Of a stretch of DNA of 35,076 nt, positions 18,412 to 26,721 are shown one piece after another; positions within the stretch are counted from its first letter, which is position 1; each line of letters starts with the position of its first letter. The stretch lies in the IMG/VR virus record IMGVR_UViG_3300033994_001010. One strand, written 5' to 3'. Made by a program: the position numbers and the translations under genes. Source of the stretch: an uncultured virus (IMG/VR IMGVR_UViG_3300033994_001010). Its lineage: Duplodnaviria; Heunggongvirae; Uroviricota; Caudoviricetes. Below the pieces are notes generated by a model, which saw only the letters and a list, made by a program, of their open reading frames with translations, had not been told where the DNA came from and ran no database searches.

Positions 18412-19844
18412 AAATCTATTTTGCCAACGCTGAGAAGTCATCACATAGGTCATTGCTACACGCTGCTGGGGTTACTCGCTATGCGGTAAACCTAACCCAT
18501 TTGGCTATCCCAAAGAAAAAAGACATTGATTTATCTGTAATGTGTCATGGCGGTGAAATCATTTTGTACACATCAGAAAGTGATGAGGATGTCACCAGAT
18601 ACGATGATTTTATCCGTCAGCACTATGAAAGTCTGACTGCCATTATTGGTCGCCCAGATTACGATGGTACTTGGCTAAATGATCGTTATGTACCCTTGTG
18701 GAATGATGGTGACGATTTAGAGCGTTTGGCGTACCTTTGCCAACGTCATGGAAGGGCCGCAGTCAGTGATAAGGCTGTAAACGGTAAAAACATTTCCCGT
18801 ATTCGTAACCTCATTCAGAGGTGGGATGCCAAGTTAATAGGATTGTCATCTAAACCAGATGTCATTGAAGCCCTACCTTGGGAATCCGTAGTTGTGGGGT
18901 CGTGGACATCGGCTGTGCGTTACGGGGAAACTCAGGTATGGGATGGTCACGGTTTACGCCGATACCCCGCCCAGCAAAAAGATTCTGCCCGAAAAAAGCA
19001 CCGAGCAGACATCATTCGGTTAGGAATTGACTATGAACAGATAGTTCAAGACGATAATGCTGAGGTTGCAAAGTTAGCAATCAAGTCTTGGCAAGCATGG
19101 GAACAGGGTTCTTTTGGGGTCTATGACCCCTCAGAAGACGATGACGAACAAGAAATAGGTCTATCCCAAAATGGGGATAATAATAATGATTCAAGCAATT
19201 TGCCTATTTCAACAAAAGTGGTTTCAGGGGGTGACAATATTATGATCAGGGTGTCTGAGAAGCGGCACGAGGATGACAAAGTATTGTTACCAGTTATTGG
19301 TATAGAGAACATCAAACCACAAATGGCGGAAAACCTTACAGAACTTGAAGATGAGGGCAATTCTGATGCATTTTCTACCCCTGTTTTGAAGTACCAAAGT
19401 AACCTTTTACGCCAATGTAATAATTGTTATCTTAGCAGTCGTTGTCCTGCATTCAAGGAGAATTCTGATTGTGGATTCAAGTTACCTGTAGAGATCAAAA
19501 CTAAAGACCAGTTGCAGGCTGCAATGAGGGCATTGTTGGAGATGCAAATGAGCCGAGTGTTGTTTGCTCGCTTTGCCGAAGAACTAGAAGGTCAAGGTCT
19601 TGACCCAGCATTGTCGGATGAAGTTGAACGTCTGTTTGGTCTGGTAGAAAAGTTCAAAGACATCTCAGATACTCGTGATGTCATGCGTCTTGAGGTTGAA
19701 GCACGTGGCGGTGCAGGAGTTCTTAGTCGTATCTTTGGCGCTCAAGTGGGCGAAGCCACCAGGCAACTTACAGGTGGTGGTTTGAATGCTAACCAGGCTG
19801 ACAGTATGTACGCAGACATCCTCGATCTTTCGGATGAGGCTTGA
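18408..19844 (+). CDS. TGT-like (degenerate) N-terminal domain + acidic linker + Cys4 cluster/helical C-terminal domain
   Basis: MKIYFA start and PWESVVVGSWTSAVRYG motif; CNNCYLSSRCPAFKENSDC. Confidence 0.5.
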   Translation: MKIYFANAEKSSHRSLLHAAGVTRYAVNLTHLAIPKKKDIDLSVMCHGGEIILYTSESDEDVTRYDDFIRQHYESLTAIIGRPDYDGTWLNDRYVPLWNDGDDLERLAYLCQRHGRAAVSDKAVNGKNISRIRNLIQRWDAKLIGLSSKPDVIEALPWESVVVGSWTSAVRYGETQVWDGHGLRRYPAQQKDSARKKHRADIIRLGIDYEQIVQDDNAEVAKLAIKSWQAWEQGSFGVYDPSEDDDEQEIGLSQNGDNNNDSSNLPISTKVVSGGDNIMIRVSEKRHEDDKVLLPVIGIENIKPQMAENLTELEDEGNSDAFSTPVLKYQSNLLRQCNNCYLSSRCPAFKENSDCGFKLPVEIKTKDQLQAAMRALLEMQMSRVLFARFAEELEGQGLDPALSDEVERLFGLVEKFKDISDTRDVMRLEVEARGGAGVLSRIFGAQVGEATRQLTGGGLNANQADSMYADILDLSDEA

Positions 19845-19869
19845 CAAGACCATTCATAGGTTGTACGCT
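19841..19869 (+). promoter_or_regulatory. sigma70/SigA-type promoter
   Basis: TTGACA-17 bp-TACGCT. Confidence 0.65.
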
Positions 19870-19896
19870 TGTATATAACCTAGGAAATGGGGTTTT

Positions 19897-20136
19897 ATGG
19901 AGTCATTCGAGTTTGCAGTAATTCAAGACCTACAGGTATCCCTTGCTCGTGCATACGATGACAAGCAGGCACTTCGTCAGATGATTGAGGCAATGGCTAA
20001 AAAGTTGGAAAAGGCAGAGAGTGTTGCCAAGACCGCTTCTACCTATTGCCAGTCATTGGTAAATGAAGATGAGAATGCCGATGACGTTTTGGGTGCTTTG
20101 ATTCAGACAGTTCATTCTTGGAGTACAGAGAAGTAA
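19897..20136 (+). CDS. hypothetical coiled-coil protein
   Basis: 79-aa ORF directly after the promoter. Confidence 0.65.
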   Translation: MESFEFAVIQDLQVSLARAYDDKQALRQMIEAMAKKLEKAESVAKTASTYCQSLVNEDENADDVLGALIQTVHSWSTEK

Positions 20137-20179
20137 ATCTGTACTAAGGTATTCCTAATACGGATATTAGGAGTACACA

Positions 20180-20401
20180 ATGAGTGGACAAATATGGTCA
20201 TGGGTGCTTGCCATCTTTGGCGTTACCGGGATGTGGTATGTCGGCAAGAAAAACGCCCACGCATTCTTTTTTCTAACAGTCAATGAATTGCTTTGGGTTG
20301 CATTTGCAATCCACACCGAACAATACGGTTTTATCTTCATGGCGTTTTGCTATGCAAGCATATATCTTCGTAATGGTCTGAAATGGTTGCAGGAAAAGTG
20401 A
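20180..20401 (+). CDS. small 3-TM membrane protein, PnuC/SemiSWEET-like half transporter
   Basis: Hydrophobic helices, WSWVLAIFGVTG...LWVAFAIHTEQYGF. Confidence 0.6.
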   Translation: MSGQIWSWVLAIFGVTGMWYVGKKNAHAFFFLTVNELLWVAFAIHTEQYGFIFMAFCYASIYLRNGLKWLQEK

Positions 20402-20477
20402 TGACAAAGGTATTCATTGTTTGCGCCCTTGCTTGCTACTACATGGCTATTCGTTCTAATATGAATAGGAATTCGTA

Positions 20478-20909
20478 GTGGCTGACTTTCATCTGAGAAA
20501 TTACTCAGAGGACATCATGGCAGAAGGGGTAAATAAAGAGTTTATGCGAACGCTTGCTCATATCCTTCTTCCCCACGTTTACATTGTTGGTACATGTGTT
20601 CATTCCGATTCCGAGGAAAATGTGAACATGGCTATTGATACTGCTGACGAACTTTACACAAGTGGTATTTGTTTGCCAATCATTCCTGCTCTTACCTATT
20701 ACTGGGAAAAACGTCACCCAAGAGGTTACGAGTTCTATAACGAATACTGCTTTCAAATAATGAAACGATGTGACGCTGTTTTTGTTGATGAAATACCCGA
20801 AGGTTCTGATTGGCATATTGATGAACTTGCTGAAGCACAGCGATTAGATCTTCCAATCTTTTGGTCAACAGGGGACTTACAAAATTGGGTAGAAGATGGG
20901 GCAGAATGA
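20478..20909 (+). CDS. nucleoside deoxyribosyltransferase-like fold protein (DUF4406/DUF1937-like)
   Basis: VYIVG...IMKRCDAVFV...ELAEAQRLDLPIF; start uncertain. Confidence 0.55.
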   Translation: MADFHLRNYSEDIMAEGVNKEFMRTLAHILLPHVYIVGTCVHSDSEENVNMAIDTADELYTSGICLPIIPALTYYWEKRHPRGYEFYNEYCFQIMKRCDAVFVDEIPEGSDWHIDELAEAQRLDLPIFWSTGDLQNWVEDGAE

Positions 20910-21322
20910 TCACAACTCCTGACTGGATGTCAGAATCTTTATGTAGAAAAAAACATGGAGACATTTGGTTTCCACCATTCGAAACGACAACTCCAGAAAT
21001 AAATTACGCAATAGCAAAGAAAGTTTGTAATGTCTGTCCAGTTTGGACAGACTGTTTGTCGTTTGGTAAAAAAGAAATATACGGTGTGTGGGGTGGTCTT
21101 ACACCACAAGAACGATTACCAATGCAAAAAGACAGTAAGCAACAATTTCTTGCAGAGCACGGTACTGTTACCCGTTACCGTCAAGGTTGTGTTTGTGAGA
21201 CTTGTTCTACAGCGCACGATGACATGGAAGACACAGAATATGTGCTTATTGATGAAATCCCTAATTTAGGGGAAAAACTACCTGATCTAAAAAAGTTGCT
21301 TCAGAGGTTGTTAGAGGGGTAA
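20906..21322 (+). CDS. whiB: WhiB-family transcription factor with extra C-terminal HGT...YRQGCxCxxC segment
   Basis: W...C...CNVCPVWTDC...GVWGGLTPQER; ATGA-coupled start. Confidence 0.9.
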   Translation: MITTPDWMSESLCRKKHGDIWFPPFETTTPEINYAIAKKVCNVCPVWTDCLSFGKKEIYGVWGGLTPQERLPMQKDSKQQFLAEHGTVTRYRQGCVCETCSTAHDDMEDTEYVLIDEIPNLGEKLPDLKKLLQRLLEG

Positions 21323-21362
21323 TTTGGTGTAAACTAGTAGTGCTCCACATATCGAGCCGTGC

Positions 21363-21392
21363 GCCCCATACTTCAATGGATGGGGCTTTTTT
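21363..21392 (+). terminator. intrinsic terminator-like hairpin just upstream of SLT gene
   Basis: GCCCCAT...ATGGGGC followed by TTTTTT. Confidence 0.7.
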
Positions 21393-21415
21393 ATTACCCG
21401 AACAAAGGATAGTGA

Positions 21416-21955
21416 ATGCTTAGATTGTCGGAAATACTCAAAACGGTTGCGCTTACAGGGAATCTTGTTATCGCTTCCATTTTTTCTGTAATGTCCCCAA
21501 ACACAGCAAATACACAAGAATCTATTTACCCAAAACACCCAATAGCAGTTGAGCCATATTTGATTGAGCCAACTACAACCACAACCACGACAATTCCTGA
21601 ACCTGAAGATAAGCGCATCCCTTCAGACAAAACTAAACGATGCCCCAAGTTTGAACAAGCCTTTAGAGATTACGGTTTAGTTCCTGTACAAGTTTTTTCG
21701 TACATCGCTTATCGTGAAAGTGGATGTAATGTAAATGCAATAAACGCTAAATGGGATGCCAATGGAAAGATCATTTGGACACTCAATAAGAATGGCTCAT
21801 ACGATAGCGGCCTTCTACAGGTCAATTCTTCATGGCAGACCGTGACGAGGAACATTTGCGGTGGGGGAATAAAACTTCTCAGAACGCTTGACTGCAACCT
21901 AAAAGTAAGCAAGTATTTACTTGATAATGGTGGACTGAGGCACTGGAGTTTGTAA
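21416..21955 (+). CDS. secreted/anchored lytic transglycosylase (SLT/lysozyme-like)
   Basis: N-terminal hydrophobic segment, poly-Thr linker, IAYRESG...N.NGSYDSGLLQVN. Confidence 0.8.
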   Translation: MLRLSEILKTVALTGNLVIASIFSVMSPNTANTQESIYPKHPIAVEPYLIEPTTTTTTTIPEPEDKRIPSDKTKRCPKFEQAFRDYGLVPVQVFSYIAYRESGCNVNAINAKWDANGKIIWTLNKNGSYDSGLLQVNSSWQTVTRNICGGGIKLLRTLDCNLKVSKYLLDNGGLRHWSL

Positions 21956-22140
21956 TGTCAAAAGGTACAAAATTTGTTTGTCCAAATTGCGATAACACGG
22001 TTACGTTGTTTGTAAGCACTAATTACCCACCTATGCACCAATGTGGTGGGAGCACACTTCCTGAGAAGTATTTGCCAATGGTGACTGAGATGGGTTTACG
22101 GGAATTGAAATTTCTTGGTGCTAAAAAAGCCAAAGAATAG
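21955..22140 (+). CDS. small Zn-ribbon protein
   Basis: CPNC...HQC; TAATG-coupled. Confidence 0.6.
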   Translation: MSKGTKFVCPNCDNTVTLFVSTNYPPMHQCGGSTLPEKYLPMVTEMGLRELKFLGAKKAKE

Positions 22141-22142
22141 GG

Positions 22143-22171
22143 TTGTCATTACCGTTCTAAACCTGTAATGT
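22143..22171 (+). promoter_or_regulatory. SigA-type promoter
   Basis: TTGTCA-17 bp-TAATGT. Confidence 0.55.
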
Positions 22172-22195
22172 TGTGCTCCTACAGAAGGAGCAAGT

Positions 22196-22528
22196 ATGTC
22201 ATACGACAACATAAAAGCGTTAGGAAACCAGTGGTCTAACTCAGTTGTTTCTGAGGGAACACTTCGCACTGAAGACTTGGCAAAAGCCTTTCTTACAGTC
22301 ATTGGAGATCACGACCCAAAAATCAAAGAAGCAATTCTTGAAGAATGGAATGACGTTCTGTTTGCAATGATTGATCCGGACTCCATACGAGATGACGAGC
22401 AAGAAATGTATCTCGTAGACCACCTGTGCAATGTGATGGATGCGATTGCACCAGAAGGTTGCGTTTTTGGAACATTAGATTCCGATGGTGCTTGCTTTGG
22501 TTTTTGGCAAATGGAGGAAGCAGTTTGA
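22196..22528 (+). CDS. hypothetical acidic protein
   Basis: AAGGAG RBS; SEGTLR..DL...APEG..FG...DGACFGFW. Confidence 0.75.
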   Translation: MSYDNIKALGNQWSNSVVSEGTLRTEDLAKAFLTVIGDHDPKIKEAILEEWNDVLFAMIDPDSIRDDEQEMYLVDHLCNVMDAIAPEGCVFGTLDSDGACFGFWQMEEAV

Positions 22529-22848
22529 GCACAACAGAAAGTAATTACCTCAGAAATATAGATGAGATTCGAAAACCACTTACGTTGCGTGAGCCAATGA
22601 CATGGGCAGAACGTGGTGCTTGTAAAAATGCTCCACAAGATCAGTTTTTTCCTGAGAAAACGTTTGGTGGGAATGCGTACAAAAAAGTAATTGAAACTTA
22701 TTGTAATGTCTGTTCGGTAAAACAAAGTTGCCTCAATTTTGCACTTGACAATTATGAACTTGGTATCTGGGGTGGTACTACAACTCGTGCTCGAATTGCT
22801 ATTCGAGCAAAGATGGTGAAAGAGAGAAAAGCACAATGTCAGCAGTAA
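22525..22848 (+). CDS. whiB: WhiB-family transcription factor (second copy)
   Basis: WAERGAC...FFP...CNVCSVKQSCL...GIWGGTT; TTG start with GGAGG RBS. Confidence 0.9.
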   Translation: MSTTESNYLRNIDEIRKPLTLREPMTWAERGACKNAPQDQFFPEKTFGGNAYKKVIETYCNVCSVKQSCLNFALDNYELGIWGGTTTRARIAIRAKMVKERKAQCQQ

Positions 22849-23270
22849 CACTCCATTGGAAAGACCCAGTATCAAAGAAAGGGTTTGATGTAACTATCAA
22901 ACTAAAAAAGGTAGAAGGGTTTATTCGGCTGTCCGGCATCTCGATTGATCCAGTCGGTGATTTTGATCTAACCGTTGAGATGTATCGGCGTGTACCAATC
23001 ATTGATCTATGGAAGCAAGCAGTGAAGCAAGCAATTCCAAAACCTCAATTCAATGCAACGCTTACTGGAGCGCAACGTGGGGCAACTCTGCCGGATGATC
23101 TTTTGGAAGAAGTTGCCACCATTTACAAAGATGCCCTCAATTACAAACTGTCCCCAATCGAGGCTGTAGCCAAGTCATTCAACATCTCAAAGTCGACTGC
23201 CGCTAAACGAGTCATGTTGGCACGAAAGCAGGGATACCTAGGAAAAGCCACACGTGGCAAGGCTGGATAA
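22836..23270 (+). CDS. C-terminal HTH DNA-binding protein
   Basis: EVATIY...PIEAVAKSFNISKSTAAKRVMLARKQGYL. Confidence 0.7.
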   Translation: MSAVTLHWKDPVSKKGFDVTIKLKKVEGFIRLSGISIDPVGDFDLTVEMYRRVPIIDLWKQAVKQAIPKPQFNATLTGAQRGATLPDDLLEEVATIYKDALNYKLSPIEAVAKSFNISKSTAAKRVMLARKQGYLGKATRGKAG

Positions 23271-23287
23271 AAAGTTTGAAATGGTGG

Positions 23288-23316
23288 TTGCTATTGCACT
23301 CAAATGTCTGTACTGT
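23288..23316 (+). promoter_or_regulatory. SigA-type promoter
   Basis: TTGCTA-17 bp-TACTGT. Confidence 0.55.
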
Positions 23317-23345
23317 TCCATACACGAACAACCAAAGGAGAAGAC

Positions 23346-23588
23346 ATGAAAGTAAGCAAGGTCATTGAGTTACTCAGCGAAATCAATCCAGATGAAGAGA
23401 TTGCGTGTTCATGGTGGGAAGCAAACTTGTTTTTCATTGGTGACAACAATGACGAACAGTTATCAGCAGACTCAGAAGAGTGGTTGAAAGCAGTTGCAGA
23501 GTTTGATGCTGAAGGTGGTTATGACGGTGTAAATCAACAGGTGTGGATGAACCTCCATTACGCAATTACAGAAGAAGGTGAGTTCTAA
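23346..23588 (+). CDS. hypothetical acidic protein
   Basis: Start moved to the ATG after AAAGGAG. Confidence 0.7.
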   Translation: MKVSKVIELLSEINPDEEIACSWWEANLFFIGDNNDEQLSADSEEWLKAVAEFDAEGGYDGVNQQVWMNLHYAITEEGEF

Positions 23589-23761
23589 TGAAACTTCAGA
23601 AGTATCGAGTGTATTACACGTACACACAAACTGACGTGTACGAGATTGAAGCAGACAGTCCAACAACAGCAGAAGAACACGCATCAGATAAAGGTGAGTT
23701 CATTCTGGAAACTAGCGAGTTGCAAAGAGTAGAAGCGATTGAAGAAGGGAAAACCTTGTAA
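23588..23761 (+). CDS. 57-aa protein with EIEADSxxxA motif
   Basis: TAATG-coupled at both ends; MKLQKYRVYYTYTQTDVYEIEADSPTTAEEHA. Confidence 0.65.
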   Translation: MKLQKYRVYYTYTQTDVYEIEADSPTTAEEHASDKGEFILETSELQRVEAIEEGKTL

Positions 23762-23898
23762 TGGCAACGGTATACATCAACACAAAAGACAAAACAGTTT
23801 GTGACATCAAAGGTAACCAGATTGTAGATGACGGTACTTTAGATGATTTGACAAAAGCATTTTTAGATGCTTGGAACTCATCAGAAGAAGGGGAATGA
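23761..23898 (+). CDS. 45-aa hypothetical protein
   Basis: TAATG-coupled ORF MATVYINTKDKTVCD...SSEEGE. Confidence 0.55.
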   Translation: MATVYINTKDKTVCDIKGNQIVDDGTLDDLTKAFLDAWNSSEEGE

Positions 23899-23903
23899 TT
23901 GCA

Positions 23904-24098
23904 ATGTCAAGTGAAGTTGTAGTCAAATGGTCTTGGGAAGATGCCCAAGCAATGTACCCACATTGGTCAAAAGCCGAGTGCATCGAAGCAATGGAAGAAG
24001 TTGAAGGTTATGTTCACGAACGGGTTGTGGAACTAGGCAACGAGGTGCTACAACAAGTGTTGTACGAAATGGTCGAAGTACTCAAGGAGGAAGAGTAA
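23904..24098 (+). CDS. hypothetical acidic protein
   Basis: Start at 23895 or 23904 after GAAGGGG. Confidence 0.65.
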   Translation: MSSEVVVKWSWEDAQAMYPHWSKAECIEAMEEVEGYVHERVVELGNEVLQQVLYEMVEVLKEEE

Positions 24099-24427
24099 TG
24101 GCTGAGATAACAACTGAAATGGAAGCGGCACTCACCGCTTGGGAAGCAAAGTACCAACCAATGCAAAACCCATTTGGTGACAACGGTTGGAATGGAACAA
24201 TGTTTGAAACGTACGGTGAAGACTTGGCGTTTGTTGCTAAAGTTCCGGACAATCAAGTTTGGACATGGGTTGATGGTGATGAAGGCACGTGGATCATAAG
24301 TGGATTCCACTGGGTCAATCGCATCGGATACTTTATTGCCACTGTTCCACTTGAAGAAGAGTTTGCTGAGATCCAAGTAGATATTTACGGTGATCCAAAT
24401 GATGAAGAACAAGACCCATACAAGTAA
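24098..24427 (+). CDS. hypothetical acidic protein
   Basis: GGAGG RBS; MFETYGEDL...VWT...GFHWVNRIGY. Confidence 0.75.
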   Translation: MAEITTEMEAALTAWEAKYQPMQNPFGDNGWNGTMFETYGEDLAFVAKVPDNQVWTWVDGDEGTWIISGFHWVNRIGYFIATVPLEEEFAEIQVDIYGDPNDEEQDPYK

Positions 24428-24540
24428 CAAACAAAAAGATTTGAATCAGGTGTTGGAAACGCTTTCAAGGGCGATACAGTCACAGATACCCAAAAAGGTT
24501 CTTGCAGAGATGCAAAGCCACTAACCCAAAGGAGAAGGAA

Positions 24541-25047
24541 ATGCATATCGGACACATTCTGTTAGTCGAAGCAGAGAGTAAAGAAGAAGCCAAAGAAAAT
24601 GCTCAGGCATTCGTAGAATCGTATGTTCAAGGTGGCTGGTCTGACTGGAGTGAGATTGGTGGAAGATGGGAAGGATTCTTTGACGGAGAAGATGTTCTTT
24701 GTTACAGCACCAACCCAACACTTTTTGAAGAAAAGATTGCAATGTGGCAAGAAGGTATGAAAGAAGAACAAGATCGCCTTCTTGACCAAGTTGGTGACAA
24801 GACCATTCGAGAATTGGTTGTGTACTACGCAGACGAAAACAACAAAAAGAACCTTGTTGACACAGATGAATACCTCACACTGTGGAGAGCGTTCAAATTG
24901 TTGAAAATGAATTACGGGTCTTCGTATTCCGAAGATGATCAAGTTTTTGACACTGTGTATTACTCACGAAAACTTACAGAGTTTCGCAAGCGTGTTGAAG
25001 AAAAACCACAAAATCAATACGCAGTCATTTGGGATTTTCACTTCTAA
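24541..25047 (+). CDS. hypothetical acidic protein
   Basis: ATG after AACCCAAAGGAGAAGGA; WSDWSEIGGRW and WDFH motifs. Confidence 0.75.
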   Translation: MHIGHILLVEAESKEEAKENAQAFVESYVQGGWSDWSEIGGRWEGFFDGEDVLCYSTNPTLFEEKIAMWQEGMKEEQDRLLDQVGDKTIRELVVYYADENNKKNLVDTDEYLTLWRAFKLLKMNYGSSYSEDDQVFDTVYYSRKLTEFRKRVEEKPQNQYAVIWDFHF

Positions 25048-25280
25048 TGACACCAACAATTCGCAGAGATTTGGTTGAGGCCGCACTTATGATCCCAGCC
25101 CTAAATACAAACCAATTTTATGATGTTGAAGACGTTGTAAAACTCAAATATGTTGGTAATGTAGACAGCGCATTTGAAGATGATTTTTCAGGTGAGTACG
25201 CAAAGTTTTACGCACCTGAAGGTCATGTGGTTTATCTATTCAACATTGATTTGGAATACTTGGAGGAAGTATGTTCATGA
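25047..25280 (+). CDS. hypothetical protein
   Basis: TAATG-coupled. Confidence 0.65.
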   Translation: MTPTIRRDLVEAALMIPALNTNQFYDVEDVVKLKYVGNVDSAFEDDFSGEYAKFYAPEGHVVYLFNIDLEYLEEVCS

Positions 25281-25582
25281 CAAAAAGTGAAGAGTTAGTG
25301 AATTACCTAACAGAAGAAGCACTTTACTTTGCAGAAAGAGCAATTCGTAAAGAGAAAGTATTTTACGATGATTTTGATGAATGGCAGGGTGTGACAATTC
25401 CTGAAGAACTTGGCGGTGGGGAATGGGACATCAACATTTCGGTGTATGGAGAACCGTGTATGCGAGCAACTGCTTACCCATACCACATGGTTGAGCACGA
25501 AGGAAGAATGTTTCAAGAAATGAACACTGATGCCAGTGTTGCGTTGCTTTGTCTTGAAGTAACAAAGGGAGAAGAAGAATGA
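25277..25582 (+). CDS. hypothetical acidic protein
   Basis: ATGA-coupled, GGAGG RBS. Confidence 0.65.
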   Translation: MTKSEELVNYLTEEALYFAERAIRKEKVFYDDFDEWQGVTIPEELGGGEWDINISVYGEPCMRATAYPYHMVEHEGRMFQEMNTDASVALLCLEVTKGEEE

Positions 25583-26010
25583 GTACAGGAAACATTACAT
25601 TGACACAGAATCTTCGTAATGTCCCCGATGTTGTGTGGAACATTCCGCCCGACATAAATAGATCGGGGGCAGAGTGGTATGTGGGAAGACCTAACAAAAC
25701 ACTTGTGTTGGTAAATGATTACATCAACCCGTTAGTGGTTGTAGTTTCAGGCTACCTAAGAATTGATCTCATACGAAACAAGAAGTCGGGCTACACAACT
25801 TCAGCATTGATTATGAATGAAAAAGATTTAGAAACATGGGGAATCAATAACGACCAAGAGTTAGACGAAGCAGTAAATGAGAAGAAGAAATATGAGTATC
25901 TTGATAACCCTTGGTTTGATGTTGTAGAAGTTGAATCAAAAACAAAACTTTACTCTTGTCACGACATATTCGAAGCAGTTCAATACGCAATGAAGTTGGT
26001 AATGGAATGA
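25579..26010 (+). CDS. hypothetical protein
   Basis: ATGA-coupled; NPWF motif near the C-terminus. Confidence 0.7.
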   Translation: MSTGNITLTQNLRNVPDVVWNIPPDINRSGAEWYVGRPNKTLVLVNDYINPLVVVVSGYLRIDLIRNKKSGYTTSALIMNEKDLETWGINNDQELDEAVNEKKKYEYLDNPWFDVVEVESKTKLYSCHDIFEAVQYAMKLVME

Positions 26011-26222
26011 AAGAAAAGATCACATATACCGAGTTTTTAGAACGTGTAGAAAAATACTACGCCCAATTCAAACCTACGTGGAGATACGGTCAAGCGTATT
26101 TCAACGTGCTGTCCAACGTGCGCTCTGATGTTGCCGAAACACTCCGGTCATCAATGCACGATCCATTTCATAAAGATGAAGTTGCCGAAGAAACACACAA
26201 GTATGTAAAAGCACTTTGGTAA
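26007..26222 (+). CDS. hypothetical protein
   Basis: ATGA-coupled; WRYGQAYFNVL...DPF motif. Confidence 0.7.
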   Translation: MKEKITYTEFLERVEKYYAQFKPTWRYGQAYFNVLSNVRSDVAETLRSSMHDPFHKDEVAEETHKYVKALW

Positions 26223-26227
26223 AAGAC

Positions 26228-26380
26228 TGGTTGCCTGTCTTTCCTCCTTTCGTTCGACAGGCAATCACGCAAGCCTCTGGGTAATAGCAGAGGTAATCCC
26301 GTATTGGTTTTGGGTTCTGATACGGGGTTAGACCCCAGTAAACGACTTCCTTGAGAGTGTCGACTGGGGTCTTTGCATTT
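26228..26380 (+). ncRNA. candidate structured small RNA / 3'UTR element: four abutting hairpins with anti-SD and anti-AACCCAAA loops
   Basis: Stems 26228-26267, 26273-26294, 26294-26330 and 26330-26372 (terminator-like); loops TTTCCTCCTTTCGTTC and TTTTGGGTT. Confidence 0.6.
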
Positions 26381-26393
26381 CTTTGGAAAAAGG

Positions 26394-26423
26394 TTGCAAT
26401 GTGCGTTCCGTTCTGTTTAGAAT
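26394..26423 (+). promoter_or_regulatory. SigA-type promoter
   Basis: TTGCAA-18 bp-TAGAAT; shares AAAGGTTGCAATGTGC with 27281. Confidence 0.65.
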
Positions 26424-26451
26424 CAAACCACACCCAAACAGAGGAGAGAAA

Positions 26452-26721
26452 GTGTCCAAAATAGTCATTTGTAAACAATCAGGAACAGTGTTGCATCTTG
26501 ATCATTGTGTGATAGTTGATGTTGATGGACTAACAGATCAAGATCAAGAAGACCTATTCGAAGGCGGTGACGGTGACGCAATAGAACTTGCAGTACAACT
26601 GGGAAAACCAATCCATTCGTATGAAAGTGATTTGAAAATCTATTTACTGAGTCGTTTAGACCAGTTGTCTAAAGAACTGAAAGAAGTTGCAACAGAAGTA
26701 GAGAAATGGTTGGTGTGCTAA
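26452..26721 (+). CDS. hypothetical protein
   Basis: GTG start after GAGGAG. Confidence 0.65.
   Translation: MSKIVICKQSGTVLHLDHCVIVDVDGLTDQDQEDLFEGGDGDAIELAVQLGKPIHSYESDLKIYLLSRLDQLSKELKEVATEVEKWLVC

Noticed and set aside
26228..26380. tRNA or known riboswitch
   Set aside because: There is no cloverleaf, T-loop context or CCA end; the hairpins are serial, not nested.
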